A stretch of DNA of 64,000 nt from an uncultured Actinomycetes bacterium (GCA_963704885.1 CAVPIB010000004.1:640001-704000), one strand, 5' to 3'; counted from the first letter of the stretch, positions 53,697 through 64,000 are shown. A program made the numbers and translations. Notes: generated from the sequence alone by a model not told the origin.

Positions 53697-54119
53697 ATGG
53701 ATGAGCATGTCGCTTTGATCCGTGAGCTGCGAGAACGCCTCCAGGGGAACGAGTTCTATCGGTGGGCGGGGATCGAGCTGACCGATGCCGCCCCCGGGCG
53801 GGCCGAGATCTCGTTCGAAGCCGGTCCGCAGCATGTGAACCTTCAGGGACTGGTCCACGGCGGGATCCTCGCCACGCTTGCCGACACGGCGATGGGCCTG
53901 GCGGTGCGCACCCAGCTGGAGCCGGGTCGTCGCCATGTGACCGTGAACCTGGCGGTCGAGTTCCTGGCGGTGGGCCGCGCCGGCCGGATCGTGGCTCGAG
54001 GCAGAACCGTCAAGATCGGCCGGCAGCTGGGGTTCGCCGAAGCCGAGGTGGTGGATGCGACCGAGCGGTTACTGGCGAGAGCGCGCTCCACGCTCTCGGT
54101 GACGTCGGAGAAGGATTAG
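53697..54119 (+). CDS. PaaI family thioesterase
   Basis: HVNLQGLVHGGILATLADTAMG. Confidence 0.85.
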   Translation: MDEHVALIRELRERLQGNEFYRWAGIELTDAAPGRAEISFEAGPQHVNLQGLVHGGILATLADTAMGLAVRTQLEPGRRHVTVNLAVEFLAVGRAGRIVARGRTVKIGRQLGFAEAEVVDATERLLARARSTLSVTSEKD

Positions 54120-54499
54120 TACTCCACGTCCATGGCGGCCATAGCCGTCGGTAGGAGCGAGAGCACGCCCTGCAACCCCAGGAGCATGCCCATGTTTCCC
54201 GCGACCTTGATCTTGCCGGTCATGAACGCCGTCACGGGCGAGAGCTCGCCCTTGGCGAGCGCGACCGCCGTGTCGTAGCTCTGGGTGATGGTGGCGTCGG
54301 GACTCTCGGTGTCACCCACGCCCATGTCGATGGTGTCGTCGGCTATGCGGATCCAGTAATGGGTATCGCCATCGGCGCCGCCGATGACCTGCTGGATCGC
54401 CGCGGTCCTTCCGGCGGCGGCCTCCTTGAACGCATCGTCGGCGTTCAACGCGGTCTTCAGCATGTCGGCCCATTCCTGCGACAGGAACTTCACGGTCAC
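54116..54499 (-). CDS. SCP2 sterol-binding domain protein
   Basis: FLSQEW, PDATIT and GELSPVTAFMTGKIKVAG. Confidence 0.82.
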   Translation of the reverse strand: MTVKFLSQEWADMLKTALNADDAFKEAAAGRTAAIQQVIGGADGDTHYWIRIADDTIDMGVGDTESPDATITQSYDTAVALAKGELSPVTAFMTGKIKVAGNMGMLLGLQGVLSLLPTAMAAMDVEY

Positions 54500-54503
54500 G
54501 GCG

Positions 54504-55211
54504 CTACTCCTTAGAGATCGGGTTCGGGTGGCCGGGAGTATAGAGGGGTGCGTGGAGATGGTCGGCGTAGAGCCCCGGCTCGGTCAGATGCGAGTCGTCG
54601 GCCAAGAACCAAACGTGGCGCTCGTCGCCCATCACGCGGATCGTGTTGATGCTGGCGTTGGGCGGCAGGAAGAACATGTCCTGTTCTCGCATCCCCATCA
54701 GCATCCCGACGTACGCGTTGATGACGCCGCCGTGACACACGATCCAGACGTCGCCCTCCTGGTTGGCGGTGAGCGTTGCTTCGACCGCTCCGATAACACG
54801 GGACCGGAACGCGTCCAGAGCCTCGCCGCCGGGGGCGAGGAAGAAGATGGGGTCCTGTAGCAGGACCCGCGAGGGCACCTCCGGATGCTCGTGGAGCAGC
54901 TCCTCGAACTCCTTGAACTCCCACCCTCCGCCGTACCACTCGGCCAGGTCGTCCACGACCGTGGCGGCAACGCCGGTCGTCTCCTCGAACGGAGCGATCG
55001 TCTGACGGGCCCGCCGCAGCGGTGAGACGTAGATGGCCGCAGGACGCTGCATCTTGAGCAGCCTGTTCGAAAGGACCTGCGCCTGCTCGAGCCCGGTCTT
55101 ATCGAGCGGTGGGTCGGCGACGCGTCCGCGCGTGGTCTCCGCTTCCTCGCCCGAGCGGCGCGAGGCGCGGCCGTGGCGGATCAGGTACAGGCGGCGGCCC
55201 TCGTCGGTCAT
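54504..55211 (-). CDS. Histidine phosphatase family protein
   Basis: LIRHG, SPLRRARQT, VCHGGVIN and NASI. Confidence 0.88.
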   Translation of the reverse strand: MTDEGRRLYLIRHGRASRRSGEEAETTRGRVADPPLDKTGLEQAQVLSNRLLKMQRPAAIYVSPLRRARQTIAPFEETTGVAATVVDDLAEWYGGGWEFKEFEELLHEHPEVPSRVLLQDPIFFLAPGGEALDAFRSRVIGAVEATLTANQEGDVWIVCHGGVINAYVGMLMGMREQDMFFLPPNASINTIRVMGDERHVWFLADDSHLTEPGLYADHLHAPLYTPGHPNPISKE

Positions 55212-55570
55212 CCGTGGTCCTTCTCGGCGCGGCGGGCTCGCCAGTCGCCCGCGTAGCGTTCGATGTCCTCGCGGAGCCAGATCCGGCCGGAGGCGAGGGA
55301 TGTGAGCGGCTCGGGGAACTGCCCTCGGTCAAGGTAGGTCACGACGCGGCGCTTGTCCCAACCCATGATCTCGGCCGCCTCGGCCACGCCGACGATCTGA
55401 GGCACCACGTCGATCGTCAGTGATACGTCGTAACCCGTCGTCTTGCGGAGCTCCAGCAGACACCGCTCACGCGTGGTCCCCGTCACCTCGATGAACGCCG
55501 GCGCGTCCAGGATGTGGGCATACCAACGTCCTCCGGTCTCCCACATGCGAACCCGGATGTCGTCTGCCAT
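55208..55570 (-). CDS. Small protein with a HicB-like N-terminus and an AlpA-like HTH
   Basis: WYAHILDAP..EVTGTTRE, then IVGVAEAAEIMG...GQFPEP..LASGRIW..EDIE. Confidence 0.6.
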   Translation of the reverse strand: MADDIRVRMWETGGRWYAHILDAPAFIEVTGTTRERCLLELRKTTGYDVSLTIDVVPQIVGVAEAAEIMGWDKRRVVTYLDRGQFPEPLTSLASGRIWLREDIERYAGDWRARRAEKDHG

Positions 55571-55619
55571 CGCAGTCGGATGATAGCCGGGGTGTATGAC
55601 ACCGTCGCCAGCTGGGGAT

Positions 55620-55910
55620 TCACATCCCCGGTGGGGGTGGGCGATATCGGCCGAGACGTCTTAGCTCACTCCGCCAGCACTCCGTGTGCCAGTGACGCCG
55701 GGACTCCAGGTCGCCCTCCGGCACCACGACCAGGTGCCAGATCCCTTGGCGGACTACGTGGTCGCAGCCTGGGCACCGGTACTCCTTCTGACCTCCGACG
55801 TGGCGGACATCGAAGCCGGGGACCTGGGCCCAGAGCGGCGCGTCGGCGCGGGCGGGCGGCGCCTCGGGCGCCTGGAAGAACTCGGGATTCCTTCGGTTCT
55901 TGCGCGGCAT
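55620..55910 (-). CDS. Conserved actinobacterial small Cys/His (zinc-finger-like) protein
   Basis: MPRKNRR, KEYRCPGCDH and RRHWHTECW. Confidence 0.75.
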   Translation of the reverse strand: MPRKNRRNPEFFQAPEAPPARADAPLWAQVPGFDVRHVGGQKEYRCPGCDHVVRQGIWHLVVVPEGDLESRRHWHTECWRSELRRLGRYRPPPPGM

Positions 55911-56590
55911 CAGCCGCGCTCCTTGATGAAGGGGGCCACGTGGACGGCCAGAGCGACACCCACCTCGCGAGTATCGCGTTTCACACCGCGCACGTTGAAC
56001 GAATGATCCCCGCCCTCGATCGTCACCAAGGTGGCGCGATCGCCGAGCTTCCCGATCACTCCTGCGAGCAGTTCAGGCGCCGCGAACGGATCGCGCGTTC
56101 CCTCCAGGAACAGCATCGGGACCTCGATCCCGTACAGATGCTCGTCGCGGATAGCCTCGGGCTTGCCGGGCGGGTGAAGCGGGTATCCCAGGAAGACGAG
56201 ACCGGCGGCCGGCATCCCCTCGGCCACGGCCATCGAGGCCATGCGACCGCCGAAGGACTTGCCCGACGCCCAGATGGCCTCACCCGCCGACCCGCGGCGC
56301 GAGGCTTCCGCCGACGCCGCGCGCCAGGTGGCGATCGCGGCCGGCGCTCGATCCGGCGATCGTCGACCAGCCTCCATGTACGGGAAGTTGAATCGCAGCG
56401 TGGCGACGCCCTCGTCGTTCATCGCGCGGGTGAAACCAACGAGGAACGGGTGATCCATGCCGGAACCCGCGCCGTGGGCGACGACGATCGTCACCGTCGC
56501 CCCAACGGGTCGCGCGTAGACACCGGAAACGGATGAGGGTCCGCCCTCGATCGTCAGCCGTTCCTCGGATGCGCTCACGCGTGCCATCAT
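55910..56590 (-). CDS. Alpha/beta hydrolase
   Basis: AHGAGSGMDHPFL, RFNFPY, GKSFGGRMAS, GYPLHPPGKP, GTRDPF and GDHSF. Confidence 0.85.
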   Translation of the reverse strand: MMARVSASEERLTIEGGPSSVSGVYARPVGATVTIVVAHGAGSGMDHPFLVGFTRAMNDEGVATLRFNFPYMEAGRRSPDRAPAAIATWRAASAEASRRGSAGEAIWASGKSFGGRMASMAVAEGMPAAGLVFLGYPLHPPGKPEAIRDEHLYGIEVPMLFLEGTRDPFAAPELLAGVIGKLGDRATLVTIEGGDHSFNVRGVKRDTREVGVALAVHVAPFIKERG

Positions 56591-56596
56591 GCCAGG

Positions 56597-57328
56597 GTGA
56601 CCGGCTCCTTCTATCTGGGTACGTCGGGGTTCTCCTACGACGAGTGGAAGCACGGCGTCTTCTACCCGGAGGGCCTCAAGAACCGCGAGATGCTCTCTTA
56701 CTACTCGTCGCAACTGTCGTCGGTCGAGATCAACTACACGTTCCGCCGGTTCCCCACTGAGAAGTCGCTGACCGCGTGGCGCGAGCAAGCGCAGCCGGGG
56801 TTCGTCTTCACGCTGAAGGCGAACCAGCGCATCACGCACTTCAAGCGGCTCGAGGACACCGACGACGACGTGCGCGCCTTCCTGGAGATCGCCAAGGCCC
56901 TCGGCGACCGGCTGGGCTGCGTGTTCTTCCAATGCCCGCCGTCGCTGCAGTACCGGCGCGAGCTGATCGAGGCGTTCGTGGGCTACCTGCCGCCGCCCGG
57001 TCCGGGGGTCCCCCGGTTCGCGATGGAGTTCCGTCATCCTTCGTGGACCGAGGCGCGGGAGTTGCTTCTGTCGCAGGGCGTCGCATGGTGCGTCGCCGAG
57101 ACCGACGAAAAGGATCCCGGCCCCGACGACCTGTCATGGGAGCCGGCGGGCTACCTCCGGCTCCGCAAGACGGAGTACTCCGACAACGAGCTGAGGGCGT
57201 GGGCCGACCGGATCGCCCCGGCGCTGGCGGCTGGAAGCGATGTCTTCTGCTACTTCAAGCATGAAGACGAGGGCGCCAGCCCGAAGATGGCAAGACGGCT
57301 GCTCAACGCCCTCGACGGAGCGCGATAG
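56597..57328 (+). CDS. DUF72 family protein
   Basis: GTSGFSY, VEINYTF, ITH, FQCPP, EFRHPSW and YLRLR. Confidence 0.88.
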   Translation: MTGSFYLGTSGFSYDEWKHGVFYPEGLKNREMLSYYSSQLSSVEINYTFRRFPTEKSLTAWREQAQPGFVFTLKANQRITHFKRLEDTDDDVRAFLEIAKALGDRLGCVFFQCPPSLQYRRELIEAFVGYLPPPGPGVPRFAMEFRHPSWTEARELLLSQGVAWCVAETDEKDPGPDDLSWEPAGYLRLRKTEYSDNELRAWADRIAPALAAGSDVFCYFKHEDEGASPKMARRLLNALDGAR

Positions 57329-57425
57329 GCGAGTCTCTCTCACAGATCTTGCACACCGCATGAACTCGAGACATGGCGACCATCGTCGTGCGGGACGGCG
57401 TCAAGGGCCGGACCTACCGTGGTCG

Positions 57426-58304
57426 TCATGCCTCATCACTTCCGTTGTCGTTCGCACGGCAGCGGCGGATGGTGATGTCGCCGAAGGAAGTCCGGGCGCG
57501 CACGTCGACCGCCTCCTCGTCCGGGGTAGGACGGTCGGAGGCCTGCAGGTCGTTCTGAACGTTGCCGAACCGCGTGTTGAGGTCCAGCCAAGCCGCCACG
57601 CCGTCGCGGACCCCGACGTCGATCTTGCCGTTCGCGCTTTCGGCGAGGACGGCACCACGTTCGACCTCGCCCAGGCGCAGGTCGCCGTTGGCGGTCTTCA
57701 CGCTAGCCGCGGCCCGCGCCCGGTCGATCGTGATCCTGCCGTTGGCCGCCTTCACACGCACGTCGCCCGTGACCTCACCGATCCACGTGTCGCCGTTGGA
57801 GTTCTTGACCACCGCCGTCCCGTCGATACTTCCGATCCCCACGGCTCCTGTGCCCGTCGAAACCTCGACATCACCGACGGCTCGTCCCACCGTGATGTCA
57901 CCTGCACCGGCTTTGAGCTCGAGCGGGCCCGCTTGGTCCAGGTGGATGTCGCCGACCCCGGTCTTGAAGCGGCATCCGCCGATGCGACCGGTGCTGCGCA
58001 ATGCGGCAACCCCCACCTCACCGCTCACCTGTGATCCCGCCGGAAGCTCGATGTGGACGTCGATCGACTCCCCGTTCGCGCGGAAGGACCAGTGCCGCCA
58101 ACCCTTCGGCCCCTGGACCAGCAACCTGCCGCTCGCATACTCGACACGGGTCTGCTCGGCGGCGGTCACGTCGGACCGCTTGGCCGGGTCACTCGGGCGA
58201 ACATCGACGACGGTGTCGGTGCGGTCGCTCGCCACGACCTGGATGTCACCCACGCCAACCTCCAGGGTGACGGAGATCGGTTCGGACGTATCGAAGGTAG
58301 GCAT
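57426..58304 (-). CDS. DUF4097 beta-strand repeat protein
   Basis: MPTFDTSEPISV start; repeated KT.xGDI units; AAWLDL.T; RARTSFGDITIRR; AGGAGG RBS. Confidence 0.8.
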   Translation of the reverse strand: MPTFDTSEPISVTLEVGVGDIQVVASDRTDTVVDVRPSDPAKRSDVTAAEQTRVEYASGRLLVQGPKGWRHWSFRANGESIDVHIELPAGSQVSGEVGVAALRSTGRIGGCRFKTGVGDIHLDQAGPLELKAGAGDITVGRAVGDVEVSTGTGAVGIGSIDGTAVVKNSNGDTWIGEVTGDVRVKAANGRITIDRARAAASVKTANGDLRLGEVERGAVLAESANGKIDVGVRDGVAAWLDLNTRFGNVQNDLQASDRPTPDEEAVDVRARTSFGDITIRRCRANDNGSDEA

Positions 58305-58320
58305 CGAACGTTCCTCCTGA

Positions 58321-58863
58321 CTAGCGGGCCCAGCCCGAGTACCGCTGAGCGCCCTTCGGCGCGCGTCTTTCGGCCCGATGGGCCGCATCGGTTCGTTGAA
58401 GCCCGGCGGTTGCAGCTCGCACGAGCCAGGCGTTGACCGACAGCCCGTCGCTGACGGCCGCATGCTCGATCCGGGCCTTCAGGTGATCGGGCATACGGAG
58501 GTTGATCCGGGACATCGTGCCCTCGTCGCCCCCGGTCGGATCGGGGCCAACACCCGCGGCCGGCCACCGACCCGACGCAATCTCGTCGCTTTCGAGCGAC
58601 TCCTCCACGGAGGCATCTCCCGGGGGTAGCGTCACCACGAACTCAGGGTCACGCCCGCGCAGTCGTAGCTCGACCGACCCCGGGGCGAGCTCGGTGGTGA
58701 TCTCCTCAGTCGCCGCCGACAGGGCGTCTTGCAACGCCAGCCGGATCGCCGCGTCCAGAGGCGCGACGAGACGCTCGGCCAGCGCACGAGCCTCATCACC
58801 CCCCGCCCCGGCCGCGACCCCCAGTTGGCTATGGATGCTCTTCACGTACGGTCCCAGTTCCAT
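58321..58863 (-). CDS. Actinobacterial RHH DNA-binding protein (often annotated HicB-like antitoxin)
   Basis: AIRLALQDALSAA, PGSVELRLRGRDPEFVV and RINLRMPDHLKARIEHAA..GLSVNAWLVR. Confidence 0.75.
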   Translation of the reverse strand: MELGPYVKSIHSQLGVAAGAGGDEARALAERLVAPLDAAIRLALQDALSAATEEITTELAPGSVELRLRGRDPEFVVTLPPGDASVEESLESDEIASGRWPAAGVGPDPTGGDEGTMSRINLRMPDHLKARIEHAAVSDGLSVNAWLVRAATAGLQRTDAAHRAERRAPKGAQRYSGWAR

Positions 58864-58869
58864 GGCGCA

Positions 58870-58926
58870 ATGATGGCACTGCCAGGTGCCATCGTCAACC
58901 ATGTTTGGCATCATAGTGGTGCCATC
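58870..58926 (-). promoter_or_regulatory. Leaderless promoter with operator-like palindromes
   Basis: TTGACG-N17-CATCAT-N6-ATG; GATGGCAC-N6-GTGCCATC at 58872-58893 and TGGCAT-N7-GTGCCA at 58906-58924. Confidence 0.65.
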
Positions 58927-58995
58927 GCCCCCTTGGAGTAGACCGAGCCTCGCGACTGGATGCCAGACCTGCTACCGGGACGTGAACCAGGGTGG

Positions 58996-59540
58996 TCAGT
59001 GCGGAACGAAGTCGGCACCTGCGTCCAGGTATATCGGGGCGCGGCGTGCCTGCACCGCCTGCTCGAACGCGTACCCGAACCGGAGCAGCTTCGGTTCCTG
59101 CCAGGCACGAGCGAGGAACGAGATGCCGATCGGCAGCTTGCCTATGAACACCGCTGGCACGGTCAGGTGTGGATAGCCCGCTGCGTTCGAGGGCCCGGCG
59201 GCACCGTTGCCCACGTACGGGATCTCCGTCGATCAGGTCGATCGGCCACGCGCGGACGAACGTCGGGGCCACGATCACATCGAGCCGGTGCCGACGCATC
59301 ACGTCGGCGAAGTCCGCTCGCGCCACGCGCTGCGACCGGCGGAGCGCTCGCAGGTACTCGGGGTTCGGGAGCGGGGCGGAATCGACCGAGCCCTCGAGGA
59401 GGGCCTGGTTGTGCCACTGGAGTTCCTTGTCATGGTTCGCCTCGTTGAACGCGACGACGTCGGCAAGCGTGCGGATCTCGGTGTTCGAGAGCGCTCACGG
59501 GTAGCGATCGACGCCTTGTTCGAACTCGGAGAACATCACC
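58996..59540 (-). pseudogene. C-terminal fragment of an amidase-signature enzyme
   Basis: IRTLADVVAFN, HRLDVIVAPT, AGYPHLTVP, LPIGISF and EPKLLRFGYAFEQ, with internal frameshift/stop; N-terminal catalytic part absent. Confidence 0.7.
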
Positions 59541-59544
59541 GACA

Positions 59545-59850
59545 GGTGGTCGCCCGTCGCGTGGCGTCGACATCGAGTGGATCGACGACCAGGACGTAGC
59601 CAGGGGTCCTACACTGGAGCATCCCGTCGCCGAGGGCCTTCCGGAGGTTCGAGACGTAGGTCTGGAGGGTGTTTCGGGTGTTGCCGGACGGCTCGTCGCC
59701 CCAGATCGACTCGATCAGGGTGTCCGCCGGAACAACCTCGTTCGCGCGAACCAAGAGGTTGGCGAGGACGGCGCGTTGTTTGGGCCCGCCAAGTGGCACC
59801 GGGCCCTCCCCCGCGTCCACCTCCAACGGGCCGAGCACACGGAACTGCAC
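59545..59850 (-). pseudogene. N-terminal fragment of an AfsR/SARP-family regulator
   Basis: VQFRVLGPLEV, LGGPKQRAVLA, LQTYVSNLRKAL, PGYVL and DVDA, then abrupt loss of similarity. Confidence 0.75.
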
Positions 59851-59974
59851 CCGGCGACCGTACCGAGGGCTTCCTTCGTGGCGCAAGGCCTACATATTGG
59901 GGCCGGCTGCGCAAGATCCACGCAAGGGTTGACCGAGGCTTAGCCAGGGACTGAGGAGCAGGCCCGGTTCCCTC

Positions 59975-62470
59975 CTATTCCAGCAGCGAGCGCACCGCTG
60001 AATGGATGCCCTCCACTCGCTCGGGATCGACGACCTTGCTGCCGACGGCATCCCTCACATAGAAGGAGTCGACGACCCGGTTCGTGTAAGTCGCGACCTT
60101 CGCCAGGTGTACGTCGAGCTCCAGCTCGCTCAGCGTGCGCGTGATGTCGTAGAGCAGCCCTATACGGTCGGACGCGCCGATCTCGATCACGGTGAAGAAG
60201 TCCGACGCTTCGTTGTCGACCTTGACCGTCACCGGCGTCCTCCTGGGAACCGGATAGTGACGGCGCTTCTCGTCCATGCTGTGCTCGAGCGAGACCCGTC
60301 CTTCGATCGCTTTGCGCAAGAGGCTACGGAACTCGCGCCAGCGCTCCTCCCCCACCTCGGGCTCGAACGCCCCGGCGACCTCGAACACGTCTGCCGCCAC
60401 GCCGTCTTCGGTCGTGAACACCTGAGCGGTGAGGATCGATAGGCCCGCGAGCGAAAGAGCTCCAGCTATCCACGAGAGCAGGCCCGGGCGGTCGGCCGCG
60501 ACCACGAGCAGCTCGTACGCGCCGGCGCGCGAACCGGCACCGGCGGAAGTGCGGACGTCTTGGCGTCCTATGTCGGGAGCGACGGTGGCGAAGTGCCTCG
60601 CGATCTGCGATGGCGGGAGCGAGAGGAAGTAGCTGCGTGGCATCCGCAGGATGAACCGTTCGACCTCGGACGGCTGCTCGTCCGCGAGGAGATCACGGAC
60701 GCGGCCGATCGAATCGGTCAGGCGCTCGGCGACCTCAACACCCATCTCCCCGCTTTCGAAGACTCTTTGCATCTTGGCCACCAGCTCGCGGATCAGGGTC
60801 TGCCTCCACGAGGTCCACGCAGCAGGGCCGGTGGCGCGCGCATCGGCCTTCGCGAGGAGATAGAGCGCTGCGAGGCGTTCAGGGGTAGCGATCTGCGCCG
60901 CGACGTCCAGTATCAGATCGTCGTCCGTCAGGTCCCGGCGGGTGGCGGTGTCGGGTAGGAGGAGGTGGGCGCCAACCATGAAGTGCGCGAGCTCGATCGT
61001 AGCGGGGGGCAATCGCATCCTGTCCAGGATGGTGGCGGCGACCCTGTCACCTATCGCGAGGTGACCGCCCTGGCCGATCTTGCCGATGTCGTGCAGCATC
61101 GCACCCAGAAGCGCGCCGTCGCGTTCGTGGATCTCCGAGGCCGCGGCCACCTCCATGGGGTCCGACGCATCGGGAACCGAGAGTGAGAGTGCCATGCGGC
61201 CGAGCGCGCGCGACAGGTGCACGTCGACCGTGTAGCGGTGGTAGGGATCTCGTTGTGGCCGGCAGCGGACGTCCGCCCACTCTGGTATCAAAGGGATCAG
61301 CAGATCCAGATGATCGAGCAGTTCAAGGCCGGCCTCAGCACGGGTTCCCGCACGGATGATCTGAAGGAAGGCATCTCGAACCTCGTCGGTCCACTCGCCC
61401 ATCGCTTCGCCCGGTGCGGCCTCCTCGATAGCATCGATCTCGCCGGCCGTGAGGGCACGATCGGCTCCCGCGGCATCGGCGACCAGTCGGAGCGCGTCGC
61501 CCAGGGTGTGCACGAACAGTATCGGCGCGTCCTGCGGCGCGCGACCTCGCGCGATCACATCGCCCGAGAGAGCATCCACCGCGCGAGCGTGCTCGAACAC
61601 CGCTCGCATCAGACCGTCGACGGCGATCAGCCGCGGTTCGTCTTGGAACCCCATGGCCCGGGCGACCGCGGGTTGCTGCTCAAGGAGCAGCCGGTCGACA
61701 CCCTTACCCGCCTCCAGGTGAAGCGCGCTCCTCACCCGGGTCAGGAACTCCTCGGCGCCGTCCAACTGCTCTCGCTCGGCGGGACGGAGGAGCCCGCCCG
61801 CCTCCAATGAGTGGCCTCTGGCCGCCTCCAACCAGCCGAACGCATGGATGTCACGCAGCCCTCCGCCGCCTTCCTTCAGGTCGGGCTCCAACAGGTACGT
61901 TGCGGAGCCGTACCGCTCCCGACGATCGCGAGCCGCATCCGCGAGCCGGTCCGCGAACGCGTCGGGATCAGCGCGGAGCGGATCTGCAACCGCGCCGCGT
62001 GCGGTGGACAGCAACTCTTCGTCCCCTGCCAGCAGGCGTGCGTCGAGGACGGAGGTTGCTGCGTCCAGTCGTTCAGCTGCTAGTTGTGCGGTCTCTTGCG
62101 GCGTACGAACCGCGTGACCGACGGTGAAGCCGGCATCCCAGAGGGGATAGAACAGGCGCTCCGCGAGAGCGCTCACCGCGTCCGCATCCGCGGCGTCGTG
62201 AAGCACCAGCAAGTCGATGTCCGAGTGCGGGCAGAGGGCGCCGCGGCCGTAGCCGCCCAGCGCGACCAAGGCCAGCCGCGGCGCCCGGGCGTCGGCAGGC
62301 CGGGCGGCCTCGAACAGCTCGATGAGCGCGGCGTCGACCAGCTCGGCGCGCCGCCGGGCCGACCAGAGCCCGTGATGACCAGGCGAGTACGCGCGTTCGA
62401 GCGCGAACAGCTCGTCCTTCAGTCGCGCGATGGGCGCCGGAGCGGCGGTGGTGCCGCTGCCCGCGTTCAC
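59975..62470 (-). CDS. glnD: PII nucleotidyltransferase GlnD
   Basis: ALGGYGR, SDIDLL, PDLKEGGGGLRD, HRYTVDVH, LHDIGK and two ACT domains (DRPGLL, DRIGLL). Confidence 0.92.
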   Translation of the reverse strand: MNAGSGTTAAPAPIARLKDELFALERAYSPGHHGLWSARRRAELVDAALIELFEAARPADARAPRLALVALGGYGRGALCPHSDIDLLVLHDAADADAVSALAERLFYPLWDAGFTVGHAVRTPQETAQLAAERLDAATSVLDARLLAGDEELLSTARGAVADPLRADPDAFADRLADAARDRRERYGSATYLLEPDLKEGGGGLRDIHAFGWLEAARGHSLEAGGLLRPAEREQLDGAEEFLTRVRSALHLEAGKGVDRLLLEQQPAVARAMGFQDEPRLIAVDGLMRAVFEHARAVDALSGDVIARGRAPQDAPILFVHTLGDALRLVADAAGADRALTAGEIDAIEEAAPGEAMGEWTDEVRDAFLQIIRAGTRAEAGLELLDHLDLLIPLIPEWADVRCRPQRDPYHRYTVDVHLSRALGRMALSLSVPDASDPMEVAAASEIHERDGALLGAMLHDIGKIGQGGHLAIGDRVAATILDRMRLPPATIELAHFMVGAHLLLPDTATRRDLTDDDLILDVAAQIATPERLAALYLLAKADARATGPAAWTSWRQTLIRELVAKMQRVFESGEMGVEVAERLTDSIGRVRDLLADEQPSEVERFILRMPRSYFLSLPPSQIARHFATVAPDIGRQDVRTSAGAGSRAGAYELLVVAADRPGLLSWIAGALSLAGLSILTAQVFTTEDGVAADVFEVAGAFEPEVGEERWREFRSLLRKAIEGRVSLEHSMDEKRRHYPVPRRTPVTVKVDNEASDFFTVIEIGASDRIGLLYDITRTLSELELDVHLAKVATYTNRVVDSFYVRDAVGSKVVDPERVEGIHSAVRSLLE

Positions 62471-62471
62471 G

Positions 62472-63779
<1,308 letters not shown>

Positions 63780-63783
<4 letters not shown>

Positions 63784-64000
63784 TCTCCCGAAGCGCGTTT
63801 GCGAGCCACCGGCTTCTTGGCGGCGGCCTTCTTCGCGGAAGACTTCTTCGCGGCCGGCTCCTCGGGCTTCTTCTTCGCGGCGGCCACGCTCGCCTTCAGC
63901 GCCTCCATCAGGTCGACGACCTTCGCGGTGGGCTCGGCCTCGACGATCTCGATCTCCTCGCCGGCGATCTTCGCCTCGACGATCCGCAGCAGCGCCTCCC
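63780..64000 (-). CDS. ku: Ku (NHEJ) protein, C-terminal part; truncated by the window edge
   Basis: REALLRIVEAKIAGEEI...KVVDLMEALKASV followed by a Lys/Ala-rich tail; the stop overlaps the GNAT start. Confidence 0.85.

Overview
High-GC chromosomal window from an actinobacterium (inferred from WhiB, SigR/SigH-RsrA, the proteasome activator Bpa, UPF0182 and Ku). It is gene-dense and mostly housekeeping: PFOR plus a DHOD-like flavoprotein, polyamine and nucleoside ABC importers, pyrD/pyrE/upp, gabT, udgB, nth, ftsH, moaE, an orphan mreB, aroF, glnK-glnD and an initiator tRNA-Met. Several otherwise intact genes carry single-base frameshifts, most likely long-read or assembly indels. Two small decayed patches (about 34.2-35.4 kb and 58.9-59.9 kb) contain gene fragments joined at abrupt junctions. 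No CRISPR array, rRNA or intact mobile element was seen. The most notable signals are: (1) a 21-bp palindrome ACTAGTCTG-N3-CAGACTAGT found three times, always at convergent gene junctions about 16-17 kb apart; (2) a complete Tyr/Trp/Phe leader-peptide attenuator upstream of DAHP synthase; (3) a GT2-like enzyme fused to a CysRS C-terminal-like domain; (4) an operator palindrome inside a leaderless promoter for an RHH regulator-DUF4097 pair. All calls come from reading the sequence and the ORF track; no database search was run.
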